Notes under the pieces: model-generated
Seen by the model: the letters and a program-made list of their open reading frames with translations, nothing else
What the model was told of the DNA's origin: nothing
Database searches by the model: none
Part shown: positions 19,752 through 29,250 of the stretch, one piece after another
Numbering within the stretch: position 1 is the first letter of the stretch
How the letters are laid out: the number at the start of each line of letters is the position of its first letter
Program-made: the position numbers and the translations under genes
IMG/VR virus record: IMGVR_UViG_3300020084_000003
Span: 124,001 to 188,000 of that record
Strand: one strand, 5' to 3'
Length of the DNA stretch: 64,000 nucleotides

Positions 19752-19985
19752 TCAGACTGCCTTGTAAGATTTCACTTGACGGGACCGGGTGAAAGATTCG
19801 CCTTCATGGATACTGTAGCCGATAAACTTGCGTTTCTGGCATTCACGCTTGGCGATAGCTTCCGAGAAGTCCATACGGTTGCGGGCGTCCAGAATAATCA
19901 CGGCACGATCCCCACAAGCAGGAATTGCCTTTGATGGTTTACCCGGAAAGGCAACAGACATTTGGTAAAATTGAGCGTAGCGCAT
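19752..19985 (-). CDS. Hypothetical protein
   Basis: Cassette promoter TTGACG-17-CATAAA at 20015-20043. Confidence 0.7.
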   Translation of the reverse strand: MRYAQFYQMSVAFPGKPSKAIPACGDRAVIILDARNRMDFSEAIAKRECQKRKFIGYSIHEGESFTRSRQVKSYKAV

Positions 19986-20105
19986 GAGAGGTTCCTTTCT
20001 CTTTTCCTGATTCCTTTATGCCATACCCATTCCGATTCGTCAAGAACAATTTTCATCTTGACACTATCGGTGTTGATATGATATTCTCTGCCGCTTTTGC
20101 GAATC

Positions 20106-20784
20106 AAAAAAAGTGGGGCAACCGTTCCAAACAGTTGCCCCGTTACGTCATATTATTAGCCCCTGACGCGGGGGATGCACAATGGTCGTCTGACCATTGC
20201 AAAACCTGTTTCATTTCAACAGGCTTGGCAATGGTGGCATATATTAGCCTATATGCCAGAGGCTTATTCACCTACCCAGATGTTGCCATTTATTTACACA
20301 AATAGCTCGCTGTTTTGACCTAATAGGATTTACGTTACAGCGCGGGATTTTCCCTTCAGGCCCGACGCAGCGGATTTTCCTGTAACTACCTACTAGAGCA
20401 GGATTTAGACTGCCGTGACAATCCCTTTTCTGTTATCGCGTCCCCTCTCTTCTATACGGGAAACGGCACGGAGTTTAATGGACTGACAGCACCCTGTCTG
20501 TATGATCCATTTTATTTTTCTATACTTTCTTTTTTTACATAAATTGGCCGCGCGTCCCGGCCTGCGCGAATGGAATTACATGGCTTTTCCTTCCCTGCTA
20601 TCCTGTCCATCTTTTTTTATCGGCTGGACATTTACCGCAATGATTAAACTTTCTCTATATGTATTTTTACACTCATAAATTAAGGTTAACTATTGGGGCG
20701 GATCACGCATGTTTCAATTCTCCCTAGTTGCATCTAGTTAACGCCATTTAGGTTCAGAGCCATCGGGTTCTTCCCGATCCCTAT
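20106..20784 (-). ncRNA. Putative large (~680 nt) structured non-coding RNA
   Basis: Promoter TTGACA (20814-20819)-17-TAGATT (20791-20796) and a terminator hairpin with U7 at 20106-20141. There is no minus-strand ORF of 60 aa or more. Many nested stems have G-U wobbles only on the minus strand. Confidence 0.7.
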
Positions 20785-20827
20785 GCAAAAAATCTACCAT
20801 GTGATTCTCTGCATGTCAACACCTATT

Positions 20828-21082
20828 TCAAAGTGTTGTAATTAGCCGCCCGAAGGAATTGCACCCTCCTATTCTTCCCCAAAAAGAACCTAACACGTTT
20901 GGGGCATGTTAGTTCGTCCACTAGGAAAGCGGCTTATTGCAACACTTTTTTTAAAGAGACAGGCTAGTTCAGCAAGTCCAAAGGTAACTATCTTAGGCGA
21001 TAATGTTTTTGACCTTTGTGGGTATGACTTCCTAAGTGAGCCACTTTTTTACCCTGTCTTGCTTCCCTTCCTGTCTCTCTAT
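20828..21082 (-). ncRNA. Putative ~250-nt two-domain ncRNA (long irregular hairpin plus a tRNA-like domain)
   Basis: Cassette promoter at 21089-21117 with no ORF. Closing stems are 20955-20963/21070-21078 and 20830-20849/20929-20948. T-arm-like GAGGG-TGCAATT-CCTTC at 20852-20868. Confidence 0.6.
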
Positions 21083-21572
21083 GCATTCTTTATGCCATGC
21101 TGCATTGCGATTCGCAACAGGAAAATGCACATCGGCAAAACTTTTTAGGGGTTGACTCATATAGGGTTGGTGTGATATTCTCCCGCACACGATTCGGGAT
21201 AGAAGAAAACCTGTGACATTTCTGCCACAGGTTTTTGTTGGTTTATTCTGTCAGTCTGCGTGAGCAACTTCCAGATTGGAATCCACGATCAAGAAAACGC
21301 TGCAATCGGGATTTTCTTCATCGAATTGGTCCCAAGCCTTTTCATAGCTTTCCGCCTCGACTTCTTCATAGCGGCGCTCTTCTTCTTCATTGAAGTATCC
21401 GAAAAGAAACTTTTGCATGTTCACTCCTTTGCTTGTGTGATTCTCTTATGCCATATCATGAGATGATTCGCAAGTGAAAAGATACTCTTGACATTATTTC
21501 TTATGGATGATATTCTTCCGCGCACGATTCGGGATAGAAGAAAACCTGTGACATTTCTGCCACAGGTCTATT

Positions 21573-21815
21573 TCAGATTGCGATTGCTTTTGCAAGATGT
21601 TTGATGTAGTCCACCACATCACCATTGAGAAAATCAATCTTGACAAGCATTGATTTCAGATGCCGTTGTTCTTCACTGTTGGTCATTTTCATGGCGTCTA
21701 GAATCATCCCAATAAGAATATAATTGACTCCACTTGGACCTTCGACTTCTATAATTTCGTCCGTCTGGATTCCTTTTTCTTCAATGAAAGTGTCCAGCCA
21801 TTTGTTGAAGGTCAT
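21573..21815 (-). CDS. Hypothetical phage protein
   Basis: AGGAG RBS and cassette promoter. Confidence 0.7.
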   Translation of the reverse strand: MTFNKWLDTFIEEKGIQTDEIIEVEGPSGVNYILIGMILDAMKMTNSEEQRHLKSMLVKIDFLNGDVVDYIKHLAKAIAI

Positions 21816-21972
21816 CTGCTTTCTCCTTTGCTTGTGTGATTCTCTTATGCCATATTCATTTCCGATTCGCAAGTGAAAAGTTGCGCTTGACATTATTTCT
21901 TCTGGATGATATTCTCACGCGCACGATTCGAATCGAAAAAGAGGTGTGACATTTCTGCCACACCTACTTCTT

Positions 21973-22344
21973 TCATTTTTTGCGCTTTTGATTATACTTG
22001 ACCCGCGCACCGCGATCAAGCCACTCTTGCGGAGTCCAGACTCCTAGTTCGGAATAATCCTCTCCTTCCGCCAGAGGACGCAATTCTGCCGTTTTATAGG
22101 CTGCGCCCATTTCGGTTGCGCCATTGTAGTTTTCCGACAGGGTTGCATAAAGCCCATGATCCGCTTCCCCATCCGTATAGACGTTCTGCCACGCATAGGA
22201 ACGCGCACGATGCGAGGGAATGAAGCCATTCGGAATGACGCATTCCATGAACGAATAAGGGCAATCATCCTTGCCCATTTCGATGCGGGCACTAGGCCAG
22301 TTGCCGTCATTTCCGTTGCCCATCCGAAGAAGAAACTGAGCCAT
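21973..22344 (-). CDS. Hypothetical protein
   Basis: AGGAG RBS and cassette promoter. Confidence 0.7.
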   Translation of the reverse strand: MAQFLLRMGNGNDGNWPSARIEMGKDDCPYSFMECVIPNGFIPSHRARSYAWQNVYTDGEADHGLYATLSENYNGATEMGAAYKTAELRPLAEGEDYSELGVWTPQEWLDRGARVKYNQKRKK

Positions 22345-22715
22345 GCTAAACTCCTTTTGCTGGCGTTTCGTATGATTCTGTTATGCCATGCCAGAAACGA
22401 TTCGTCAACAGCAAAATTAAATTGAAAGAATGTTTTTTCGAATCACCCTTTCAAAACGCGCGGCAGAATATCATGGCGGCTGCGCTAGGTCAACAAGAAA
22501 AAACCGTGACATTTCTGCCACGGCTTGATTACTTCTGAACAATCTCTATTCCTTTGTCTCTCATATTCTCAATTATTGAACCCATGCCATAAGTCAATCC
22601 TGATAGCCATTTCATAGCCTTTTCTGGGTCTTTGGTCGTTTGCACTGGCATATCATTGCAGATGGAAACATAATCGTCACCATCTTTTTCAATTATATAT
22701 CTTCCGGTTGGTATC

Positions 22716-23072
22716 TCAATATCCATTATTTTTATTTTTTGCATAATCATAGTCCTCTATATTTTTGTGACTATCAAGCAAATTAGGATGCGTCGTCACT
22801 AGGGTTTTTCTTTCTTTATCATAAACCAAAGGGATAATTCCATCAATATTACTAAGGATTAACGCATAGACTGACAAACGGTTGCTTTGTTTCGCACGAA
22901 AAGATGCCACTACAGCAACATTGTGCCCATTGAAGCTGACGTTCTGTCTCTTGCCCGTGTGAATGGCTTTTACAATCGCGTTATAGCCATCGTTGTTGAT
23001 AGTGAGGCCATAGCGTTCTTTGAGCCGATTCTTGAAGTGATTTTTCTGACAATTTGCTTTGTTGGGTCGCAT
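22716..23072 (-). CDS. Hypothetical protein with an H-F-x-x-R-x-x-E-R motif (possible RelE-like fold)
   Basis: HFKNRLKERYG...LVTT. The fold assignment is inference. Confidence 0.5.
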   Translation of the reverse strand: MRPNKANCQKNHFKNRLKERYGLTINNDGYNAIVKAIHTGKRQNVSFNGHNVAVVASFRAKQSNRLSVYALILSNIDGIIPLVYDKERKTLVTTHPNLLDSHKNIEDYDYAKNKNNGY

Positions 23073-23298
23073 GAAGTCCTGCCTTTCTTTGTTGACTTTT
23101 GTTGTTGCATCCAAGATAGGCAATTTGGTCACACAGTTCAACAGGAAAGAGATTCGCCATATTATTTCGATCTATTGCCATTGACATTGTTATTGATTCG
23201 CGATATTCTCTGCACCCTGACGAATCACAAATGAATAGGTGTGACATTTCTGCCACACCTATTTTTCTTAAAAGAAAAGGGCCGACTGGCCCTTGACT

Positions 23299-23706
23299 TT
23301 ATTCTTCGGGGTTGGACGAAACGTCAGCGAAATCTTCCGATTCGGCTTCGGCAGCGGCAGCAGCTTGCGCGGCCTTTTCCTCTGCCTTGGCGCGGTTGCG
23401 TTCGATCAGCTTGACCCACGAATTGCCCTTGCCAGTCAGCGACGGGACCAGAGCGGGACGGCCACGGCCACGGGTTTCGCCTTCCGCCAGCGTGGCAGCT
23501 TCCAGCTTGACCATGCCCTCTTCAACCAGTTGCTTGACGATGAAGCGCGACGGCATCTTGTCAGCGTTGCTATCGCGGATTGCGACCAGAAGATCAAACT
23601 TGCTGTCGCGATCAGCCAGCGTGGGCTTGCGGCCATTGTTGGCGCGACCATCGGTTTTGACTTCGGCTTGAGCGGCGACTTCGTTGGTTTCAACTTGAGC
23701 GTTCAT
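23299..23706 (-). CDS. AT-hook / winged-helix-like protein, copy 3
   Basis: PSRF..KQLVEEGMV...RGRGRP..VPSLTGKG. GC-rich codon usage. Confidence 0.75.
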   Translation of the reverse strand: MNAQVETNEVAAQAEVKTDGRANNGRKPTLADRDSKFDLLVAIRDSNADKMPSRFIVKQLVEEGMVKLEAATLAEGETRGRGRPALVPSLTGKGNSWVKLIERNRAKAEEKAAQAAAAAEAESEDFADVSSNPEE

Positions 23707-24635
23707 GATGTAGTTCCTTTCTTTCTGGGTTGCGGCGTCATTGCCTGTCTCTTTCGATGATTAAGATATAGACGATGATTCTGATTCGCACAAGAGGAAA
23801 AATGCAGATCAGCAAACTTTTTTTCGAATCGGTCCAGATGAAAAGCGCGGGAGAATATCACTGGATAGATTCATTGTCAACAGCTATTTTTGTTTCACGT
23901 GGAACAATGTCAAACAAAAAAGGTGTGACATTTCAGCCACACCTTCCAGTAGTTATAATCTGATATGTTTTTCTTTCAAAAATTACTTCAATCCCGCATT
24001 GCTGCACCGCCAATAGTTTTAAAGAAAGAAAAGTTAGAAGTATCCCTAGAAAAATAGTTTTTGCCCAAAAATTCATTTTGCATTTTGTCCCTTTCAAATG
24101 AAGAAAAATAACACCCATAAAAAATAACCTGAAATAATTACTGTTACTATCCCCACAATAACAGCAATTAATCCCATATAAAATGTTAAAGTGTGAAATC
24201 TAACACCCATGAAATAAATGCCACCAAATATCAAATATAGTGACAAAACAAATGCCACCCCTATTAGAATAAAATAAAAGATGGCAAATGTTTCTATCAT
24301 TTCATATTCTTTCCACAGAAGTTATTTCTAACCCATGATTCGTCAGTATGTTATACACCATTCTCTCACAGGTTGCAACCTCTTTCCATAGAAAGCGCCA
24401 CTCTTGAAGATGCTTCACACGAAGCACATCCTCAACAGCAACGTCTAGATCACGTGGGTTGTTCTTGCTATAACAACAGAAAACATTCATCTTTGGTTCC
24501 CTTTCATAGCTGATGATTCCATTCTAATCTATTTAGAATCAGAAGTCAACTCTTGACAATGAAAGTGGTTAATGATATTCTCTCAAACTGATTCGCCATA
24601 GAAGAAAGGTGTGACATTTCTGCCACACCCCATTT

Positions 24636-25046
24636 TCAGCTAAGAAATTCCCTCTTGACATAATTTTCCAGTTTCCAGTTCCCCTGAATCTGTTCAATGT
24701 CAGGGAAATTGCTATCCCTTGGACGGTGCGGGTCGTCTTTCCCGATTTGAATGACGACACTATAATCACCTTCAACCCCACCATATGCCTTGTAAGCGTC
24801 AATCAAAAGGCTAGTGGTCAAGGTTTCGTCGTCGGCATAGCCGCAACAATCAAGTGCGGATTTGCGTGTCTTAGGGTTGAAATAGACCGTGCCGACCTCG
24901 ATCAGAAAAATATTATCGGGTCCGCCCATTTCCGATTCCGATACAACATCGACAATATCAGCATAATCATCATCCGGGTTGTTCATGCGCCAGAAATAGC
25001 CGCCATTTTCCAGATTCATATCACCGTTGTAATTCCATTTCGCCAT
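24636..25046 (-). CDS. Acidic hypothetical protein
   Basis: AGGAG RBS and cassette promoter. Confidence 0.7.
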   Translation of the reverse strand: MAKWNYNGDMNLENGGYFWRMNNPDDDYADIVDVVSESEMGGPDNIFLIEVGTVYFNPKTRKSALDCCGYADDETLTTSLLIDAYKAYGGVEGDYSVVIQIGKDDPHRPRDSNFPDIEQIQGNWKLENYVKREFLS

Positions 25047-25315
25047 TGTGATTCTCCTATCTGGCGTTGCTGTTGATTCTTTATGCCACATCTCAAACCG
25101 ATTCGCAAGGACTTTTTTAGAAAACTTTTCGCTTGACACATACAGGGTGGGTGTGATATTCTCCGAGACCGATTCGCAATATTGAAATAGGGTGTGACAT
25201 TTCTGCCACACCCCATTGTTTCATTTATCCAAAACCCATTTTCCGTTGACTTTTGTATACCATTTTCCTTTGGTATATTTTTTCGTTGTATTTGTCAGTT
25301 CGCAATGATAAATCA

Positions 25316-25606
25316 TCAGAATTGGACTCCGAACTCGATTTCGATTGCTTGCTCAATGGAGCGTTTCAGGTTGTAGGATTGGAAAGCCCATCCTGCACCA
25401 TAGCGTTTCCCGCGATACTTGTTGCAATAGGCCGGGCGATACCACTTGCCATCCTTGCCCGTGAACATGAATACGGGGATGTAATAGCGCGGGTTGCCGT
25501 TCACGTCACTGTCAAGGCGGATTGCCGAGTCAACGATTCCTTTCACCATTTCGCGGTGTTCTTCGGTGGCGGTAACTTCACGTTGAACTTGAGCGGCGGT
25601 GTTCAT
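25316..25606 (-). CDS. Hypothetical protein (DVNGNPRY...YRGKRYGAGW.FQSYN)
   Basis: AGGAG RBS and cassette promoter. Confidence 0.7.
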   Translation of the reverse strand: MNTAAQVQREVTATEEHREMVKGIVDSAIRLDSDVNGNPRYYIPVFMFTGKDGKWYRPAYCNKYRGKRYGAGWAFQSYNLKRSIEQAIEIEFGVQF

Positions 25607-25704
25607 CTGGTTTCTCCTTTGCTGGTGTGATTCCTTTATGCCATAGTGAAAACGATTCGTCAATAGCAAAAAAGAAAAAGGTGGCTGTTACGCCACCTTC
25701 TCAT

Positions 25705-25911
25705 TCACCCATTATCCGAAACGAATTGCTGGCCCTTGGGCGTCAGGACGATTTCAGCCAGACCCATTTCGATCAGCTTTTGCTGATAATAGGCAGTTTC
25801 GCCGTTGATTTTTTTCAGCGAATTGGCGATAGCAGCTTTGTCGCTGTTGCCCTTGCCCCATTTCGACGGACGGCCACGGCCACGTTTCACTTCTTCGGTC
25901 ATTGTCTTCAT
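25705..25911 (-). CDS. AT-hook / winged-helix-like protein, short copy 4
   Basis: KRGRGRP...KLIEMGLAE..LTPKG. Confidence 0.65.
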   Translation of the reverse strand: MKTMTEEVKRGRGRPSKWGKGNSDKAAIANSLKKINGETAYYQQKLIEMGLAEIVLTPKGQQFVSDNG

Positions 25912-26848
25912 CCTTTCTTGGTTGCTCTCTATGTTCTTGTTATCGCATGTCCAGAATGATTCGTCAACAGCTTTCTTCTACTAGGACAGAAAAAGTTTCA
26001 CCGATTCGTGAGGGCGCGGGAGAATATCAGATTGACAATGATGTGTCAACAAAAAAAGTGTGGCATTTCTGCCACACTTGCCTGTTCCTCAATGATTTAT
26101 TTGCTAGTATCCCATTTGCTTATTTTTATCGGATTGCCAAGAGTCACCGGCATTGGGATGCCCTCGGTTATCCTCTTGCTCTTGCTGCCTTGTATCACTA
26201 TCATTGAAGTTTTCGTTCATTCGATCTAGAGAACCAATTTTCTGGTCTTCTCTTTTATTTTTATTATCCATTTCATACCTCATGTTTGTTACTACTATCA
26301 TAACAATAATATAACTCATGAGGCACTAAATGGTTCCCTAGTCTATAGAGTAAATTGTCGAATATTGCAAAGCAAGAGGAATATATTTTTCAGGATAACC
26401 CTTTTCCTTTAGAAGATTGATATAATCTTGCTCGGTATAGTCTGATTTGATCTTTACGGGAAACCCATAAGCCCAACCACTAGGCGGATCAATTAGAACA
26501 TATTTCACCCTACCAGACCCACCGCTTGCAGTTGGTTTTCAATATCTTCCATTGTGAAAGCAATGTCTGCAATCACAAAGTCAGTCCCGTGACGGGTGAT
26601 TAGACCCATATCAACAAGGAAATCTTTCTGCTCATCTGTGAGGCTAATTTCTTCCCCATCTTCTTTCAGCATATACATGACTATCTCCTTTCGGTTTCAT
26701 TACATCCCTTACTGATAAGTCCCTTATAGCCGATTCTCTTCTCTGATGCAAGAGAAACTTTCTGTTGACTCCTACAACCTTCCATGATATTCTATGGTCG
26801 TTTTCGAATCAGAAAGAAAGGTGTGGCAGAAATGCCACACCTATTTCT

Positions 26849-27448
26849 TTAGATATAGTCAATCCTTCCATTTTCGTTGAAAGTCCATTCATTAATCTCT
26901 GCCAATTCTTTGAAGGATTCTTCGCTGGTTTGATCCTCATAATCATTTTGCAGTTGTTTGTAAAGCCATGCCGACAAGTCTTTCAATACTTGGCGGAATA
27001 CATCTTCTGCATCGCAGCCCGCATCAAGCCAACCATGATTGCGGCGTTCATCTTCCATATCAACGGAATAACCGTGATAATCGGAATAGGTGAATTTTGC
27101 AGAAAGCGAATAGAAGCATTTGCGCTGCATTGCGGAAAGTTCCTTTGCAATGCGATGCAGTTCTTCATCTTGCGGCGCATATTCTTTGATCTTTTTCACC
27201 ATTTCTTTGCGGAAATAGTAATAGCCAGAAAATGCCGCATAGCTTCCCTGATGATAGAAACCGGAGAATTGAACATCTTTCGACTTTACTTTAAAGCCGA
27301 GAATTTCGCAGATTTGCAGGAAGTCATCATATACACCATCCCACCAGTCATGATTGCAGGCATAGCGCGAGATAGCTTCTTGTTTGGCAGTGTCCGAAAG
27401 TTCCGAGAAGTCATAGACAGTCTTTTCAACCAGTGCAGTGATAGCCAT
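26849..27448 (-). CDS. Acidic phage/plasmid protein (TVYxFxELSDxAKxxA...DWWDxVYDDF family)
   Basis: The N-terminal motif resembles a family often labelled 'antitoxin of toxin-antitoxin stability system'. Its function is unproven. Confidence 0.6.
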   Translation of the reverse strand: MAITALVEKTVYDFSELSDTAKQEAISRYACNHDWWDGVYDDFLQICEILGFKVKSKDVQFSGFYHQGSYAAFSGYYYFRKEMVKKIKEYAPQDEELHRIAKELSAMQRKCFYSLSAKFTYSDYHGYSVDMEDERRNHGWLDAGCDAEDVFRQVLKDLSAWLYKQLQNDYEDQTSEESFKELAEINEWTFNENGRIDYI

Positions 27449-27591
27449 TCTCTTTGATCCTTCTGTTTCTGTTTCCGTTACATCTCTTATAGCCAATGCC
27501 GATGTGATTCGCAAGCACTTTCTTGGAAAACTTCGAGGTTGACAGGGTGATAGGATGATGATATTCTATAGAACAAAACGAATCGGAGACT

Positions 27592-28197
27592 ATGATGTTT
27601 AATGAAATTGATATAAAGTTATTAAAACGATTAATAACTTATGATTATAATACAGGTAAAGCTTTTTGGAAAAAAAGAGACAAAGAATATTTTTATTATG
27701 ACAACAGAACTTTAAACACATGGAATTCAAAATTTGCAGGCACAGAAATTAAAAGCTTAAAAGATGGTTACTATGTTTTTAGACATGAAATAAATGGTGT
27801 TAAATATAGAATAAAATTGCATAGAGTCATATTCGCATATCATCACGGTTATTGGCCTAACGACTTATTAGATCATAAAGATGGAAACAAAATTAATAAT
27901 AAGATAGACAATATAATTCTTTCAAATAAATCTGAAAATGCAAAAAATAGCAAACCAAAAAGCGGCAGTGGATATAAAAATATAACATGGGAACCTAGAA
28001 TAAATAGATGGTCAATTAGATTTAGAGTTTCGGCTGGACATAATATATCAGGTGGTAGCTATAAAAACATAGAAGACGCAGTTAAAGCAAGAAATGAATT
28101 ATTCTTAATATATAATCATCCTCCCGCCAGAGACAATCCAAATTGGGAATATATAAGAGAAAAAGAGGGGAATCAACCCCTCAATTCACCAATTTGA
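27592..28197 (+). mobile_element. Freestanding HNH homing endonuclease with an AP2-like domain
   Basis: 'LHRVIFAYHHGYWP..LLDHKDGNKINNKIDN' and 'GSYKNIEDAVKARN'. AT-rich, opposite strand to its neighbours. Confidence 0.85.
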
Positions 28198-28531
28198 AAA
28201 TAACTTTACCATGTTGCAGAAGTTGTTCGACTACATCATAGCGATAGGTGTCAGGATAATGCCAAAAAGCACCTACAATTTCGCATTCCCCTTCATCGTT
28301 AACATCCATTGACTCGGCAATGCAAATATCGGATGAAAGTCCGACAAACGGGTTTCCTTCACCGGCATCAAAGGGATGATAGCTGCCATTGGCAAAGTAA
28401 TGTTCGAAACCTTCGATCAGGATAAGAATGTCATCCTTTTCCTCTGCCAACTCTTCCATTTCCTCACGAAAATCCTCATGCAACGTGATTTCCAGATCGC
28501 CATTTTCCAGCACCGATGCGTAGAGTTCCAT
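28181..28531 (-). CDS. Highly acidic hypothetical protein (possible DNA mimic)
   Basis: 116 aa, very rich in D/E, with a cassette promoter. Confidence 0.65.
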   Translation of the reverse strand: MELYASVLENGDLEITLHEDFREEMEELAEEKDDILILIEGFEHYFANGSYHPFDAGEGNPFVGLSSDICIAESMDVNDEGECEIVGAFWHYPDTYRYDVVEQLLQHGKVIFKLVN

Positions 28532-28584
28532 TTGGTTTCCCTTTCTGTTTCGATGATTCTTTATCGCATGTCAGAAATGATTCG

Positions 28585-28842
28585 TCAAGCCACCAGTTCA
28601 TCACGTTGCGAGATTTCGCAGCCATGTGCATCTGCATGGGCGATAGCTTCTGCACAAGTATCAAAAACAGGGAATTTCCATGCACAAAGTTCGCCTGCGG
28701 CATTGCGATGTGCGCGGCAACCCATAACATCAGACGTAGTTGCAGGGACTTCTTTGCCCAACACAGTCGGAATTGAGCCAACATAGCCCCAACGCTGAGA
28801 AGGGAATTGAATGATGTGAAGGCCAGCTTTTCCACCGAACAT
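28585..28842 (-). CDS. Hypothetical protein
   Basis: AGGAG RBS. Confidence 0.65.
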   Translation of the reverse strand: MFGGKAGLHIIQFPSQRWGYVGSIPTVLGKEVPATTSDVMGCRAHRNAAGELCAWKFPVFDTCAEAIAHADAHGCEISQRDELVA

Positions 28843-29250
28843 ATTTGTCTCCTTTGGTTTCTCTATGATTCGTTTGTAGCGTATTGAAAACGATTCGTCA
28901 AGCGAGATTCATGCTAACCCGATAAACAGCATAAAAAGATTTTTTCGGAATAATGGAATTTTGCAAAAAGTTCTCCGCAGACTTTTTTTCACAAAAGAAT
29001 GCAGCATCATTCCAATTTTCAGTAAAATAGGCTGCACCGGAATCATAATATGCAAGATATTTACCGTTACCATTAGAAACTACAAACAAATCGTCCATCA
29101 CATTCCCCTTTGCTGTTTCCTTCTTCTAACAGATTCGTTTTGAAAGTGCAAGAGAAAAGATTCCTTGACACCCTATACCAATCCATGATATTCTCTATGC
29201 CTTCCAGACGAATCAATAAGGGTGTGACATTTCTGCCACACCCATTTCTT

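Larger units (their letters stand above)
4266..23906. repeat. parS: 11 parS centromere-like palindromes (TGTTTCACGTGAAACA)
   Basis: Perfect 16-mers at 4266, 6574, 7794, 8936, 9168, 10127, 12135, 13109, 14008 and 16784, plus the variant TGTTTCACGTGGAACA at 23891. They are identical to the conserved chromosomal ParB/Spo0J-binding consensus. Confidence 0.85.

Noticed and set aside
20830-20948. Canonical tRNA or tmRNA gene
   Set aside because: A T-arm and an acceptor-like stem are present, but there is no CCA end, anticodon arm, proper D-stem or tag reading frame. It is kept only as tRNA-like.
20018-21148. Plus-strand ORFs 20018-20305 and 20906-21148
   Set aside because: They have no RBS, and the first starts inside a promoter. 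Both are antisense to promoter-defined structured transcripts.
3644-26457. ORFs beginning or containing MFHVKQ/H, VSRET, MTFLPH or MWQKCHT
   Set aside because: These are translations of the parS palindrome and the GTGACATTTCTGCCAC repeat, not protein families.
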